Made by a program: the position numbers and the translations under genes. From Sedimentisphaerales bacterium (GTDB lineage Bacteria > Planctomycetota > Phycisphaerae > Sedimentisphaerales > Anaerohalosphaeraceae), in assembly GCA_028282905.1 (NCBI GenBank), contig JANQGW010000112.1, positions 189 to 64,188 of the forward strand: 64,000 bases of DNA, written 5' to 3'. Of the stretch, positions 27,894 to 38,511 are shown piece by piece (the stretch's first letter is position 1; each line of letters begins with the position of its first letter). The notes beneath the pieces are model-generated. The model made no database searches. It was not told where the DNA came from and saw nothing but the letters and a program-made list of their open reading frames with translations.

Positions 27894-28349
27894 TTACTCG
27901 GCCAGAACAGCCCAGTCGAGGGTTTCGGCGTTGGAATTTGAGATACCGGTCAGGACGTGTTTGACCTGTCCGAACGTGACGGCTTTATCGCATCGCAGGC
28001 GGACGGTTTTATCCGTTGCGCCCTCTTTTCCCAGTGATTCGTCAATCGCCGCGGTCATCAGACGGGCAAGATCATCACCGGTGACATTGCCCAGCGGCTC
28101 ACTGCCGACGGCATAGACGGCACCGCCGTTTTCGGCCATAATCGTGATCGTCAGCGGCTCTTTTTGGTCAACCGGGTCTTTTTGAGCGGATGCAATCTCG
28201 TCGGGTACCTCAACGCGAAACTGCTCGGCGGCGATGAACTGGCAGACCAGCATAAAGAAGATGATCAGCAAAAAGACCACATCAATAATCGGGGTCATGT
28301 CGAATGACTCGGCCTCAAACGAACGCTTTTTGTTCCAAAAACCAAGCAT
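27894..28349 (-). CDS. exbD: ExbD/TolR-family biopolymer transport protein
   Basis: The N-terminal FDMTPIIDVVFLLIIFFML anchor containing the conserved Asp, and 151 aa in length. It starts 3 nt after the exbB stop. Confidence 0.9.
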   Translation of the reverse strand: MLGFWNKKRSFEAESFDMTPIIDVVFLLIIFFMLVCQFIAAEQFRVEVPDEIASAQKDPVDQKEPLTITIMAENGGAVYAVGSEPLGNVTGDDLARLMTAAIDESLGKEGATDKTVRLRCDKAVTFGQVKHVLTGISNSNAETLDWAVLAE

Positions 28350-28352
28350 TTG

Positions 28353-29240
28353 TTATTCCGCCGCTTTGGCCGCGGGCTGCGGCTCGTTTTTGCGTTTGGC
28401 TATACGCGGCTTAGGCGTCTGGGACTTGAGCCGCTTTTGTTTTCGCCGGATGAATGTGCCTTTGGGCTGCTGCGGAACCTTTGCCTGGTTCGGTTTAGCA
28501 GCGGTCGCCTGCTGCTGAGGTTGGGGCTGGGCAACAACTTTAAAGCCCTTGGCATTGCCGTTGGCAAAAATGCGCGCCAGTACCGCCTCGGCTTCCAGCG
28601 ACGCCTCGCTGACAAATGCTTCGATTCGTGTCTGGAACACGCCGTACAAAAATAATGCGGGTATCGCCACCAGCAGGCCCCAGAAGGTCGTCACTAATGC
28701 GATGGAAATCTTATCGGCGAGTAATTCATAACGCTGTCCTTCGGTGCCCTGTCCCAGCAGGTGAAAAGCCCCGATCATGCCGAAGACCGTTCCGAACAGT
28801 CCCACCATCGGCGCGACCGAACCGATGATCTGGCACCACTGAGCCTTTCGCATCAGGTGCATGCCGTTTTCGGCCAGCGACTCGGCAGTCAACTGGCGAA
28901 TCATCTCGGACGAGGCTCCCATCTGGCGGCCCTGATCCATCGCCCGCAACAGTGCCCGGCTCAGCAAATCTTTTCGCCCGACAAGTTTATTGGACAATGA
29001 CGCCGGTCCGTTTCGTAAAGCATGCGTGGCAATCTCAGTGGCAATGCCGGCCGGCAGTAGCCGCTTACGGCGAATCGTCACCAGTAAATCCAGTGCCAGA
29101 TAGACAATAATAATCGACATTGGCAGCAGGATAAACCAGACAATCGGCCCGCCCTGGACAAAGAACTGCCGGAAAAATGTCTGCGCCGCCGAATCATCGG
29201 CCGCGGCTAAAACAGAATAAGCTATCCAACCTATATCCAC
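28353..29240 (-). CDS. exbB: MotA/TolQ/ExbB proton-channel protein with a Lys/Pro/Gln-rich C-terminal tail of about 70 aa
   Basis: Core motif IIGSVAPMVGLFGTVFGMIGAF...ALVTTFWGLLVAIPAL. GTG start with GAGG 6 nt upstream. The tail reads QPQPQQQATAAKPNQAKVPQQPKG..KRKNEPQPAAKAAE. Confidence 0.9.
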   Translation of the reverse strand: MDIGWIAYSVLAAADDSAAQTFFRQFFVQGGPIVWFILLPMSIIIVYLALDLLVTIRRKRLLPAGIATEIATHALRNGPASLSNKLVGRKDLLSRALLRAMDQGRQMGASSEMIRQLTAESLAENGMHLMRKAQWCQIIGSVAPMVGLFGTVFGMIGAFHLLGQGTEGQRYELLADKISIALVTTFWGLLVAIPALFLYGVFQTRIEAFVSEASLEAEAVLARIFANGNAKGFKVVAQPQPQQQATAAKPNQAKVPQQPKGTFIRRKQKRLKSQTPKPRIAKRKNEPQPAAKAAE

Positions 29241-29265
29241 ACAAACCTCAAACTATTCATCATTT

Positions 29266-29331
29266 GTCACCCCGGCCCCCGAGCCGGGGTACAGAGCGTT
29301 GATATTTGGATGCCGACAGGAGCGGCATGAC
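29266..29331. repeat. REP-like double hairpin element between the TonB-like gene and exbB
   Basis: GTCACCCCGGCCCCCGAGCCGGGGTACAG on the plus strand and GTCATGCCGCTCCTGTCGGCATCCAAA on the minus strand. The reverse complement aligns along its length with the 14978-15044 element. Confidence 0.65.
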
Positions 29332-29359
29332 AAAACAAAGAAAATCAACTCACTCATAG

Positions 29360-30244
29360 CTACTTCACTTCCACAAACTCGCCGCCGGTCACTGCCGCCA
29401 GCACATCCAGCATTTTACGGTCGTTTTCCTGCGGCCAGAATCCTATGGTATGCAGAACCACCGCGGGTGCAAGCATTTTCCGGCGGGTCTCGATTTTTTC
29501 GACAAATTCCAGTGCCCCGTCGGCATCGAGGTCAAATCCGTCCGTCAAAAAATAAATCACCTCGGGCGACAGATTATCAGCATCACGCAGCCGCATCGCA
29601 CGATCAAGCGCGTGGGCGGCATCGGTACTGCCGCCTGGACGGATGCGTTTTATCAGTTCCAATGCTTCGGATTTGGCAATCACACTGGCGGCCTGAAGTT
29701 TTCCTTCGCCGGTCATAAGAATCTGCCGGCCTTCGGTAAAAAACAGGACCGTAAACGCCTGTTGAGAATTGAGCTTTAAAATCGACTCCTTGAGCTGACT
29801 CTTAACGCGATACATCTGGCCGTACATACTGCCCGAACAGTCCACCACATAACAAATTCGCTGCACAATACTTTTCTGGCCGAAAAACTCCACCTCATGG
29901 GCCACCGGCTCCGTAAATGCTGGTGACGGCTCAATGGGTTCTGTGGTTTCAGGTTGCGGTTCGGGAATCGGCGTTTCATCTGCAACTAACGGCTTGGGCT
30001 GTGGTTTTTCCGGTTCGACCACCTTTTCAATCGGCTTGATTTTCGGCTTGGGTTTGGGCGTAGGCGTCTCAACGGCCTTTTCAATCATCTGCATGGATAA
30101 CCCGCTGCGTGCCGCTGCGGCATCCGCCTGTCGGGCCGACAATTTCACCCCGGTAAAGACCGCCAGCGCAACGGCATGGACAGTCACTGAAATCACCAGT
30201 GCCCAGTACCGTACCCGTCCTTTGTCGGCTTCAAGCTGTCTCAT
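29360..30244 (-). CDS. TonB-like energy-transducer N-terminus (SxxxH anchor plus Pro-rich spacer) fused to a periplasmic vWA/MIDAS domain
   Basis: TM YWALVISVTVHAVALAVFTGV carries S-x3-H as in E. coli TonB (LLSVCIHGAVV). The spacer reads TPKPKPKIKPIEKVVEPEKPQPKP..PIPEPQPETTEP. The vWA domain has DCSGSM, STD and LTDG MIDAS elements. Start is ATG 30244 (AGGGG upstream) or TTG 30265. Confidence 0.7.
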   Translation of the reverse strand: MRQLEADKGRVRYWALVISVTVHAVALAVFTGVKLSARQADAAAARSGLSMQMIEKAVETPTPKPKPKIKPIEKVVEPEKPQPKPLVADETPIPEPQPETTEPIEPSPAFTEPVAHEVEFFGQKSIVQRICYVVDCSGSMYGQMYRVKSQLKESILKLNSQQAFTVLFFTEGRQILMTGEGKLQAASVIAKSEALELIKRIRPGGSTDAAHALDRAMRLRDADNLSPEVIYFLTDGFDLDADGALEFVEKIETRRKMLAPAVVLHTIGFWPQENDRKMLDVLAAVTGGEFVEVK

Positions 30245-30295
30245 ATCCCCTGCCTTCTTGTACAAAATTCAAACAAGCCGCAAGCCGTCGCCGGG

Positions 30296-31405
30296 TTAAT
30301 CATAAATGATGATTTCCGAAACGCCTGCCCGCAGCAGATTATAGACTTCCTTAACATCCTCGTTGTGCAGACGCACACACCCGCGTGACGACCGGGTTCC
30401 GATGGACTCCGGTTCTTTGGTGCCGTGCAATGCGAAACCGGTCCGTTTCTCGGTATTGATGTCCAGCCCTTCAATCGCAATCCAGCGATCACCCAGCGGG
30501 TAATCCGGATCGCTGCCGGAATATACTCTGCCGGTGTCTGGGTCGGTCCACTGGGGTCGGTTCGGATTTTTCCCACCGGATTTAACGCGCCAGCGGCCCG
30601 GTGGCGTTTCATGGCCTTCCTTGCCGATGCCCACCTTGTACGTCTTGACATAAGTGCCCTGCAGATATAAGTCCATCGTAAAGGTGCTTTTGTAAACGAC
30701 CGCGTTAAACGGCCCTTTGATAACTTTGATCTTCTGGCCGGCCTGCAGTGCCTCTGGGCGCGGAAGACCGTTAATCTCCTGCAGAATTTCATAGGGTACT
30801 TTGAATCGCGAAGCGATCGTGCTCAAATAATCGCCCGGCTTGACGAGATAGTATTCGCTCAAGTTATCCGACTCGAACACTTCTCGGCCGAACAGCCATT
30901 TATCGGCCAGCTTGGTCATCTTTGTTTTGATCTGCGCCCGCAGCGAGTCACTTAACCGCTTGTCCAGGGCACCATTAAGCAAATCGCGCGTCGCAATAAT
31001 CTTGCCGGCCTTGTCCAGTTCAATCGCCCGCTCAACCAGGGCACGTGCTTCATCGCTGCTTTCTACCGTCGGCGTATCGACGGTCGGTGTAGGCGGATCC
31101 GGTGTTGGTTCCGGTTGCGGTTCTACCGGTGTCACTTCCTCTGGTTCCGGTGTCGGTTCCGGCTGAGGCTCCGGCGTTTCCGTAGATTCATCGTCGGCGT
31201 CACCATCGTCTCCAGACATGATCTCGCCCACGGTTCGTTCTTCACTGCCGGTTTCCGGTGCTGGCTGCGGCTCATCGCCTTTGTAAAGCCTTGTGACGAT
31301 GATAATGCCCACAATCAACACAATCAGGATGATAATAATATTTCGCAATTGACGCTGTTTGCCCTGCTTGTGGGTGCTGTAGGGTTTATACTTTCGTTTG
31401 CTCAC
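30296..31405 (-). CDS. LysM-domain L,D-transpeptidase (YkuD family)
   Basis: LysM segment YLVKPGDYLSTIASRFKVPYEILQEINGL and YkuD catalytic motif HGTKEPESIGTRSSRGCVRL. I prefer the GTG at 31405 (GGGAGG 6 nt upstream). It overlaps the upstream stop as GTGA. Confidence 0.88.
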   Translation of the reverse strand: MSKRKYKPYSTHKQGKQRQLRNIIIILIVLIVGIIIVTRLYKGDEPQPAPETGSEERTVGEIMSGDDGDADDESTETPEPQPEPTPEPEEVTPVEPQPEPTPDPPTPTVDTPTVESSDEARALVERAIELDKAGKIIATRDLLNGALDKRLSDSLRAQIKTKMTKLADKWLFGREVFESDNLSEYYLVKPGDYLSTIASRFKVPYEILQEINGLPRPEALQAGQKIKVIKGPFNAVVYKSTFTMDLYLQGTYVKTYKVGIGKEGHETPPGRWRVKSGGKNPNRPQWTDPDTGRVYSGSDPDYPLGDRWIAIEGLDINTEKRTGFALHGTKEPESIGTRSSRGCVRLHNEDVKEVYNLLRAGVSEIIIYD

Positions 31406-31992
31406 GACAAACCTCCCTGTTTTATGTCTATACAATTAATCATCTCTTGTTCGGTCACAACGGCATGAACGGGAACATCCGTCTCATCATGCGGAACCGC
31501 GTCGCATAACTGCTGCGAAAATGCCACACCCCAGCGGGCGGCTCGCAGGTCATGGCCGGCAAAAAAGCGGTCGTAATAGGCCCCACCGCGGCCAAGGCGA
31601 TTGCCGTCTCTGTCAAAGCCCAACCCCGGCGTAATCACCAGGTCGATATCCTCAAACGGCACTGGCGTGCCGTTAGTCGGATTGCGAAGGCCCTTTTGAT
31701 CGGTGCTCAGCCCCGTGTCCAGCGATGTCAGCTCCACGGGTATCATGTGCCGCTGTTCCCAGGAAACCTTTGGCACCGCCACGGTCTTTCCCTGCTGCCA
31801 TGCGTGCAAAATCAGCGGGGTCGTGTCCACCTCATGCGGCAGTGACAGATACACCATCACCACCGCTGCCTCATGAAAAACCTCTGAATCCAGAATATGT
31901 CGGCAAATCGCCTTGCTGGCGGAAATGCGTTCATCAGTGCTCATTTTCAGGAGCCGGGTCTTAATGTCATGCCGCAATGCGACTTTATCCAT
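31402..31992 (-). CDS. 5-formyltetrahydrofolate cyclo-ligase
   Basis: 196 aa, with ITPGLGFDRDGNRLGRGGAYYDRFF, the MTHFS family signature. Confidence 0.88.
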   Translation of the reverse strand: MDKVALRHDIKTRLLKMSTDERISASKAICRHILDSEVFHEAAVVMVYLSLPHEVDTTPLILHAWQQGKTVAVPKVSWEQRHMIPVELTSLDTGLSTDQKGLRNPTNGTPVPFEDIDLVITPGLGFDRDGNRLGRGGAYYDRFFAGHDLRAARWGVAFSQQLCDAVPHDETDVPVHAVVTEQEMINCIDIKQGGLS

Positions 31993-32024
31993 ACTAAAAA
32001 CCTCTATAAATAGAATAATTCCGA

Positions 32025-33380
32025 TTAACTGCGCCGAAGCTGTTCTACCTGATTTCGCAGTTTTTGTAAATATTCGGCCACCAATTTTTCTCTTCCTATA
32101 TTTTTCGGCTGGTAATAGGGTTTTTCGAGATTTTTTCCGAGATAATCCTGCGGAATGTAGCCTGTGGGGCTTTTATGCGGGTATTGATAGCCTTCGCCGT
32201 GGCCAAGCTTTTTGGCGCCGGCGTAGTGAGCGTCTCTCAGATGGGCAGGCACGGGAATGGTTCGGCCGTTATTGACATCGCTGCAGGCCTGCCAAATGGC
32301 ATTGGCACAGGCGTTGGATTTCGGCGCGCAGGCAATATAGATCGCCGCCTGCGCCAGCGGAAGCTGAGCCTCCGGAAATCCGACAAATTCGGCGATTTGG
32401 ACTGCGGAAGCCGTCAATATCGTCGCCATCGGGTCAGCGTTTCCCACATCCTCAGCTGCGCAAACCGCGATTCTTCGGGCGATAAACCGCAAATCCTCGC
32501 CTCCAACGATCATTCGAGCCAGCCAATAGACCGTCGCGTCCGGGTCCGAACCCCGCATTGACTTTTGCAGCGCACTGGCCAGGTCGTAATGCGTATCGCC
32601 GGAGCCGTCGTACTGGATAGCTTTTCTCTGGACCGATTCGCGAGCCACCTCGAGCGTCAGGGCGATTTTTTCGTCGTCAGCCCCTTTGACCTGTGACTTA
32701 ACCGCCACTTCCAGCGCCGTCAGCGCCCGGCGGGCATCACCATCACAAATTTCAGCTAAAAACTGCAATGCTTCCAGGTCTGCGCTGATATTCATCTTGC
32801 CAAGGCCTTTTTCGGTGTCAGCCAAAGCTCGATTTAAAAGCCCTAAAATATCCTTAACACTTAACGCCTCAAACGCAAACACGCTGCTGCGGCTAATGAG
32901 CGGCGAATTCACACTGAAAAACGGGTTTTCCGTTGTTGCCCCGATCAGTGTGACAATGCCGTTTTCCACGTCATCCAGCAAAACATCTTGCTGAGCGCGG
33001 TTAAAACGGTGGATTTCATCGATAAACAGCAATGTCCGGGCACCGTTTGTGATAAGCCGGTCTTTAGCGGAGGCGATAATTTCGCGAACGTCCTTAACGG
33101 AGGCCGCGGGAGCACTCAAATAGTGGAATTTCGCCTCAATCGCCCCTGCGACAATGCGAGCCAGCGTGGTTTTGCCCACACCCGGCGGGCCGTAAAAAAT
33201 CAGGCTGCTGACGGTACCCGCCTCCAGCATCCGCCGAAGCAGCTTGCCCTCACCCACAAAATGCCGCTGTCCGGCAAATTCGTCCAGCGTTGCCGGGCGC
33301 ATCCGAACCGCCAGCGGCGCATGAGAGGCCAGCGTCTTCCGCTCGCCCGCACTGAACAAATTGTCCCCAAATTTCGCCAT
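32025..33380 (-). CDS. rarA: Replication-associated recombination protein A (AAA+ ATPase)
   Basis: Walker A GPPGVGKTT, LFIDEIHRFNRAQQD, and the C-terminal MgsA domain (SMRGSDPDATVYWLARM, YQYPH). Confidence 0.95.
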   Translation of the reverse strand: MAKFGDNLFSAGERKTLASHAPLAVRMRPATLDEFAGQRHFVGEGKLLRRMLEAGTVSSLIFYGPPGVGKTTLARIVAGAIEAKFHYLSAPAASVKDVREIIASAKDRLITNGARTLLFIDEIHRFNRAQQDVLLDDVENGIVTLIGATTENPFFSVNSPLISRSSVFAFEALSVKDILGLLNRALADTEKGLGKMNISADLEALQFLAEICDGDARRALTALEVAVKSQVKGADDEKIALTLEVARESVQRKAIQYDGSGDTHYDLASALQKSMRGSDPDATVYWLARMIVGGEDLRFIARRIAVCAAEDVGNADPMATILTASAVQIAEFVGFPEAQLPLAQAAIYIACAPKSNACANAIWQACSDVNNGRTIPVPAHLRDAHYAGAKKLGHGEGYQYPHKSPTGYIPQDYLGKNLEKPYYQPKNIGREKLVAEYLQKLRNQVEQLRRS

Positions 33381-33471
33381 AGTCGGGCATTATAATCGAA
33401 GCGGCTGCCAAAGTCCACCGGCAATGAAACAGACAAAACAACCACCGAAATCACGGAATACCACAGAAAAA

Positions 33472-33503
33472 ATTCCTACATTCCTGTATTCCTATATTCT
33501 TAT
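33472..33503 (+). repeat. Four tandem 8-mers ATTCCTAC-ATTCCTGT-ATTCCTAT-ATTCTTAT upstream of greA
   Basis: Read directly from the sequence. A GGAATAC at 33455-33461 is complementary to GTATTCC at 33486-33492. An inverted copy of the first two and a half units lies just after greA (34142-34161). Confidence 0.6.
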
Positions 33504-33565
33504 CAACTTCATTTTGGACAAATCGAATCGCAGAACCACTGTGACAATGAATTCATCAAAAAGTA

Positions 33566-33594
33566 TTTACGAAACCGTAATGATTTGTTATAGT
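33566..33594 (+). promoter_or_regulatory. Candidate sigma70 promoter for greA
   Basis: TTTACG, a 17-nt spacer, then TATAGT, about 60 nt upstream of the greA ATG. Confidence 0.5.
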
Positions 33595-33652
33595 ACAACT
33601 TTTTAGCAGAGAACAAAGTCAGACAGATGTAAGTTAATGGAGAATTGTCCGA

Positions 33653-34135
33653 ATGCATGACATTATGCCAATTTCTGAAACAGGCCACGCAAAACTGAAA
33701 GAAGAGCTGGTCAAGCTGGAAAAGGAAGCCGTCGAACTGCGAATCCGGGTCGAAGAGGCTCGCCAGCAAGGTGATTTAAGAGAAAACGGTGAATATATTT
33801 ACGGCCGACAGAACCTCGGTTTTGTCGAGGGCCGCATGGGTGAAATCCGCGGCAAGCTGAACTTTTCAAAGGCCGTCGATTGCACACAGGTGCCGTGTGA
33901 CAAAGCGGCGTTTGGTACAATCGTAACCCTGCTGAATCTTGACACGCAGAACAAAGTTGTCTTTCAATTGCTGGGACCGCATGATGCAGATCTGACCGAT
34001 GACAGCATTTCCATTTGCTCACCCATCGGTGAAGCGATTGTGGACCATGTCGTCGGCGATGAAATTTCAGCAATGGTCCCCCGCGGCGAAATGCGTTTCG
34101 AACTGCTCGAAATCAATCCGTCCGAAATTAAGTAG
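33653..34135 (+). CDS. greA: Transcription elongation factor GreA
   Basis: 160 aa with an N-terminal coiled coil (GHAKLKEELVKLEKE...ARQQGDLRENGEY, acidic finger tip) and a C-terminal FKBP-like domain (SPIGEAIVDHVVGDE). Confidence 0.9.
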   Translation: MHDIMPISETGHAKLKEELVKLEKEAVELRIRVEEARQQGDLRENGEYIYGRQNLGFVEGRMGEIRGKLNFSKAVDCTQVPCDKAAFGTIVTLLNLDTQNKVVFQLLGPHDADLTDDSISICSPIGEAIVDHVVGDEISAMVPRGEMRFELLEINPSEIK

Positions 34136-34141
34136 CTGCGA

Positions 34142-34161
34142 ATACAGAATGTAGGAATACG
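34142..34161 (-). repeat. Inverted copy of the ATTCCT repeat block, 6 nt after the greA stop
   Basis: The reverse complement of 34141-34170 reads GAATTCCCCCGTATTCCTACATTCTGTATT. It matches ATTCCTACATTCCTGTATT (33472-33490) apart from a 1-nt deletion. Confidence 0.6.
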
Positions 34162-34217
34162 GGGGAATTCTCAATGAAATCCCGCGCATTCCATGCTTAA
34201 AATGGTATTGCCTATAA

Positions 34218-34257
34218 TAAAAGGCCGCCAGAACTTTCAGATTCTGACGGCCTTTTT
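34218..34257. terminator. Bidirectional rho-independent terminator between convergent greA and icd
   Basis: Long stem AGGCCGCCAGAA/TTCTGACGGCCT (one mismatch), flanked by an A-run on the left and a T-run on the right. Confidence 0.8.
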
Positions 34258-34273
34258 ATTTGTCGTTTGTTAT

Positions 34274-36706
<2,433 letters not shown>

Positions 36707-36815
36707 TTATCACGGCCCTATCCTATCGATTGTGTGGAAAAAGTCAATGAAAATACAAGGGGTTGACCGCCTCGTTCCTGCGCTAAACTGAGTATTGGCT
36801 TATAATCGCGCATAC

Positions 36816-36847
36816 AAAAAGAGCCTGCAAATCCCCGCAAGCTCTTT
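36816..36847 (-). terminator. Rho-independent terminator after the TolC-family gene
   Basis: The minus strand reads AGAGCTTGC-GGGGATTT-GCAGGCTCT followed by TTTTT, about 20 nt after the stop at 36866. Confidence 0.65.
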
Positions 36848-36865
36848 ATTATTAGCGACTTATAT

Positions 36866-38497
36866 TTATTCGGCGACCGTCAAAACCGGCTTTTCCCACA
36901 TGCCGTCCGGGCGAATCTTCATTGAGCCGGTATCACGGTAGAATTCCAGGCTGGCCAGCACGTAATCGATCAGGGCACGGTTCGAGGCATTCTGGGCATC
37001 CAGCAAATCCTCTCGAGCATCCAGCACATCGCGAGTGTTGGCACGGTCATACCGCAATAACAGCAGTGTATTATCCGTTCGCTCGCTGGCCAGTTCACGG
37101 CTGGTCTGTTCAACCCGCCAGCGCCGGTAGGCCTCCTGCATCTGACGATAGGCACGCCGGACCTCCAGCGTCACCATTTCGGTCAATTCCTGATGCGCCC
37201 GCTGCTGCTGCATCAATGTAATCAGCGAACGGCGGTAGGCGTTCTTTTCCGCCAGGCGGTCAATCGGCAAATCCAGTTGAGCACTCAACTGGTAGCGATC
37301 CCGCGTTTCCTGCAGTTGGCCGGGATCGGCTCCAAACACCGTCCGATTCGGTGTTTGAGTTTCGGCAGCCCCAATTAAATTCAGTTCGGCACGAATCGCA
37401 TCCGCGGCCACATCGACCTTTCGCTCGGCGTCAATGACCTGGTCAGCGGCATTGGCTAAATCCAGCCGCTGCGCCAATGCGATTCCAATCGCGTCCTCTT
37501 CGCTCATCGCCATCATTTCCGTCGCGGACCGCTTGAGTGCATCCAGTTCAGCGACATTCAGGCGAACATTGCGACTGACCGAAAACGCCAATTGCATTTT
37601 AAATTCGTCCAGCGCGTTGTTGTAGTCTTTTTTCGCACTGGTATAGTCAGCCAGAGCCTGCAGTCGATCCTGGTTGGCCTGTTCCAGTTCATGCTGGGGT
37701 AAACGGCCGGAAGCAGCGCGTTTTTGCAGCTTCTCATAGATTTTGTAAAGCGAGTAATAATAATCGCGTGCGTTAAGCTGTTCGGTATTGAGCTGCAGCA
37801 GCGTATAATACTCCGTCATGATCGAAGTGACAAAAGTCTTACGGTAGCGATTGAAAGAGCGAATCTGGTAGAGCGTATTGCGTTCAGCCTGTGTCAGATT
37901 TTCCAGCGCCACTTTCCGGCCGGCACCCCGCAGCAGCGGCTGGGTAATTACGGTTGATGCCACAGTCGAAAAACCACTTCGGAAGTCACCTGAAATAATA
38001 TCAACCCAGCCAAGGCTGAGATTACCGCTGATATGAGCACCAGTTGCCAGCAACTGTTCAAACCCCACGTTGCCAAACGCTCCGGCCGCTTTGTTACCGT
38101 CATCTTTTCGGAAACCACCATCGCCGCCCATGAACGGCATCGGCTCATAGAGGTGCCGAACATCGGTATAATCCAGAGCGGTTAAATACAGGGTTTCTTT
38201 TTCAGTATGATATTGGCGATTATGACGTGTCGCAATAGCAACGGCTGCCGGCAGCGTCAATACATCGCTTTTGGACAGGGTCGGCTCATCGGCAACAATG
38301 GTCTTGGCATCGGTCGCGGCATCGGCAATACGATAGTTCGCGCGTTCAGCCGTCAGTTCATCGTCCCACTGCGAATCGATCACTTCATAAACCGACGCAT
38401 CGGTTTCGGCGACGGTTTTCGGAAGATCCAACTGACAACCGGCTGACAGACAACACAGCAACCCGACCAGCAAAATCAAAAACAATTTTTGGTACAT
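36866..38497 (-). CDS. TolC-family outer-membrane efflux/secretion channel
   Basis: 543 aa with a lipoprotein-like signal (LLCCLSAGC) and two tandem repeats of the long coiled-coil/beta-barrel OEP pattern. ATG with GGGGA 7 nt upstream, 14 nt after the HlyD-family stop. Confidence 0.88.
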   Translation of the reverse strand: MYQKLFLILLVGLLCCLSAGCQLDLPKTVAETDASVYEVIDSQWDDELTAERANYRIADAATDAKTIVADEPTLSKSDVLTLPAAVAIATRHNRQYHTEKETLYLTALDYTDVRHLYEPMPFMGGDGGFRKDDGNKAAGAFGNVGFEQLLATGAHISGNLSLGWVDIISGDFRSGFSTVASTVITQPLLRGAGRKVALENLTQAERNTLYQIRSFNRYRKTFVTSIMTEYYTLLQLNTEQLNARDYYYSLYKIYEKLQKRAASGRLPQHELEQANQDRLQALADYTSAKKDYNNALDEFKMQLAFSVSRNVRLNVAELDALKRSATEMMAMSEEDAIGIALAQRLDLANAADQVIDAERKVDVAADAIRAELNLIGAAETQTPNRTVFGADPGQLQETRDRYQLSAQLDLPIDRLAEKNAYRRSLITLMQQQRAHQELTEMVTLEVRRAYRQMQEAYRRWRVEQTSRELASERTDNTLLLLRYDRANTRDVLDAREDLLDAQNASNRALIDYVLASLEFYRDTGSMKIRPDGMWEKPVLTVAE

Positions 38498-38511
38498 GCG
38501 TATCCCCGGTC

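Noticed and set aside
33509-33769. 86-aa minus-strand ORF overlapping the greA start and promoter
   Set aside because: It overlaps the well-supported greA N-terminus and its promoter, and it has no SD or motif.
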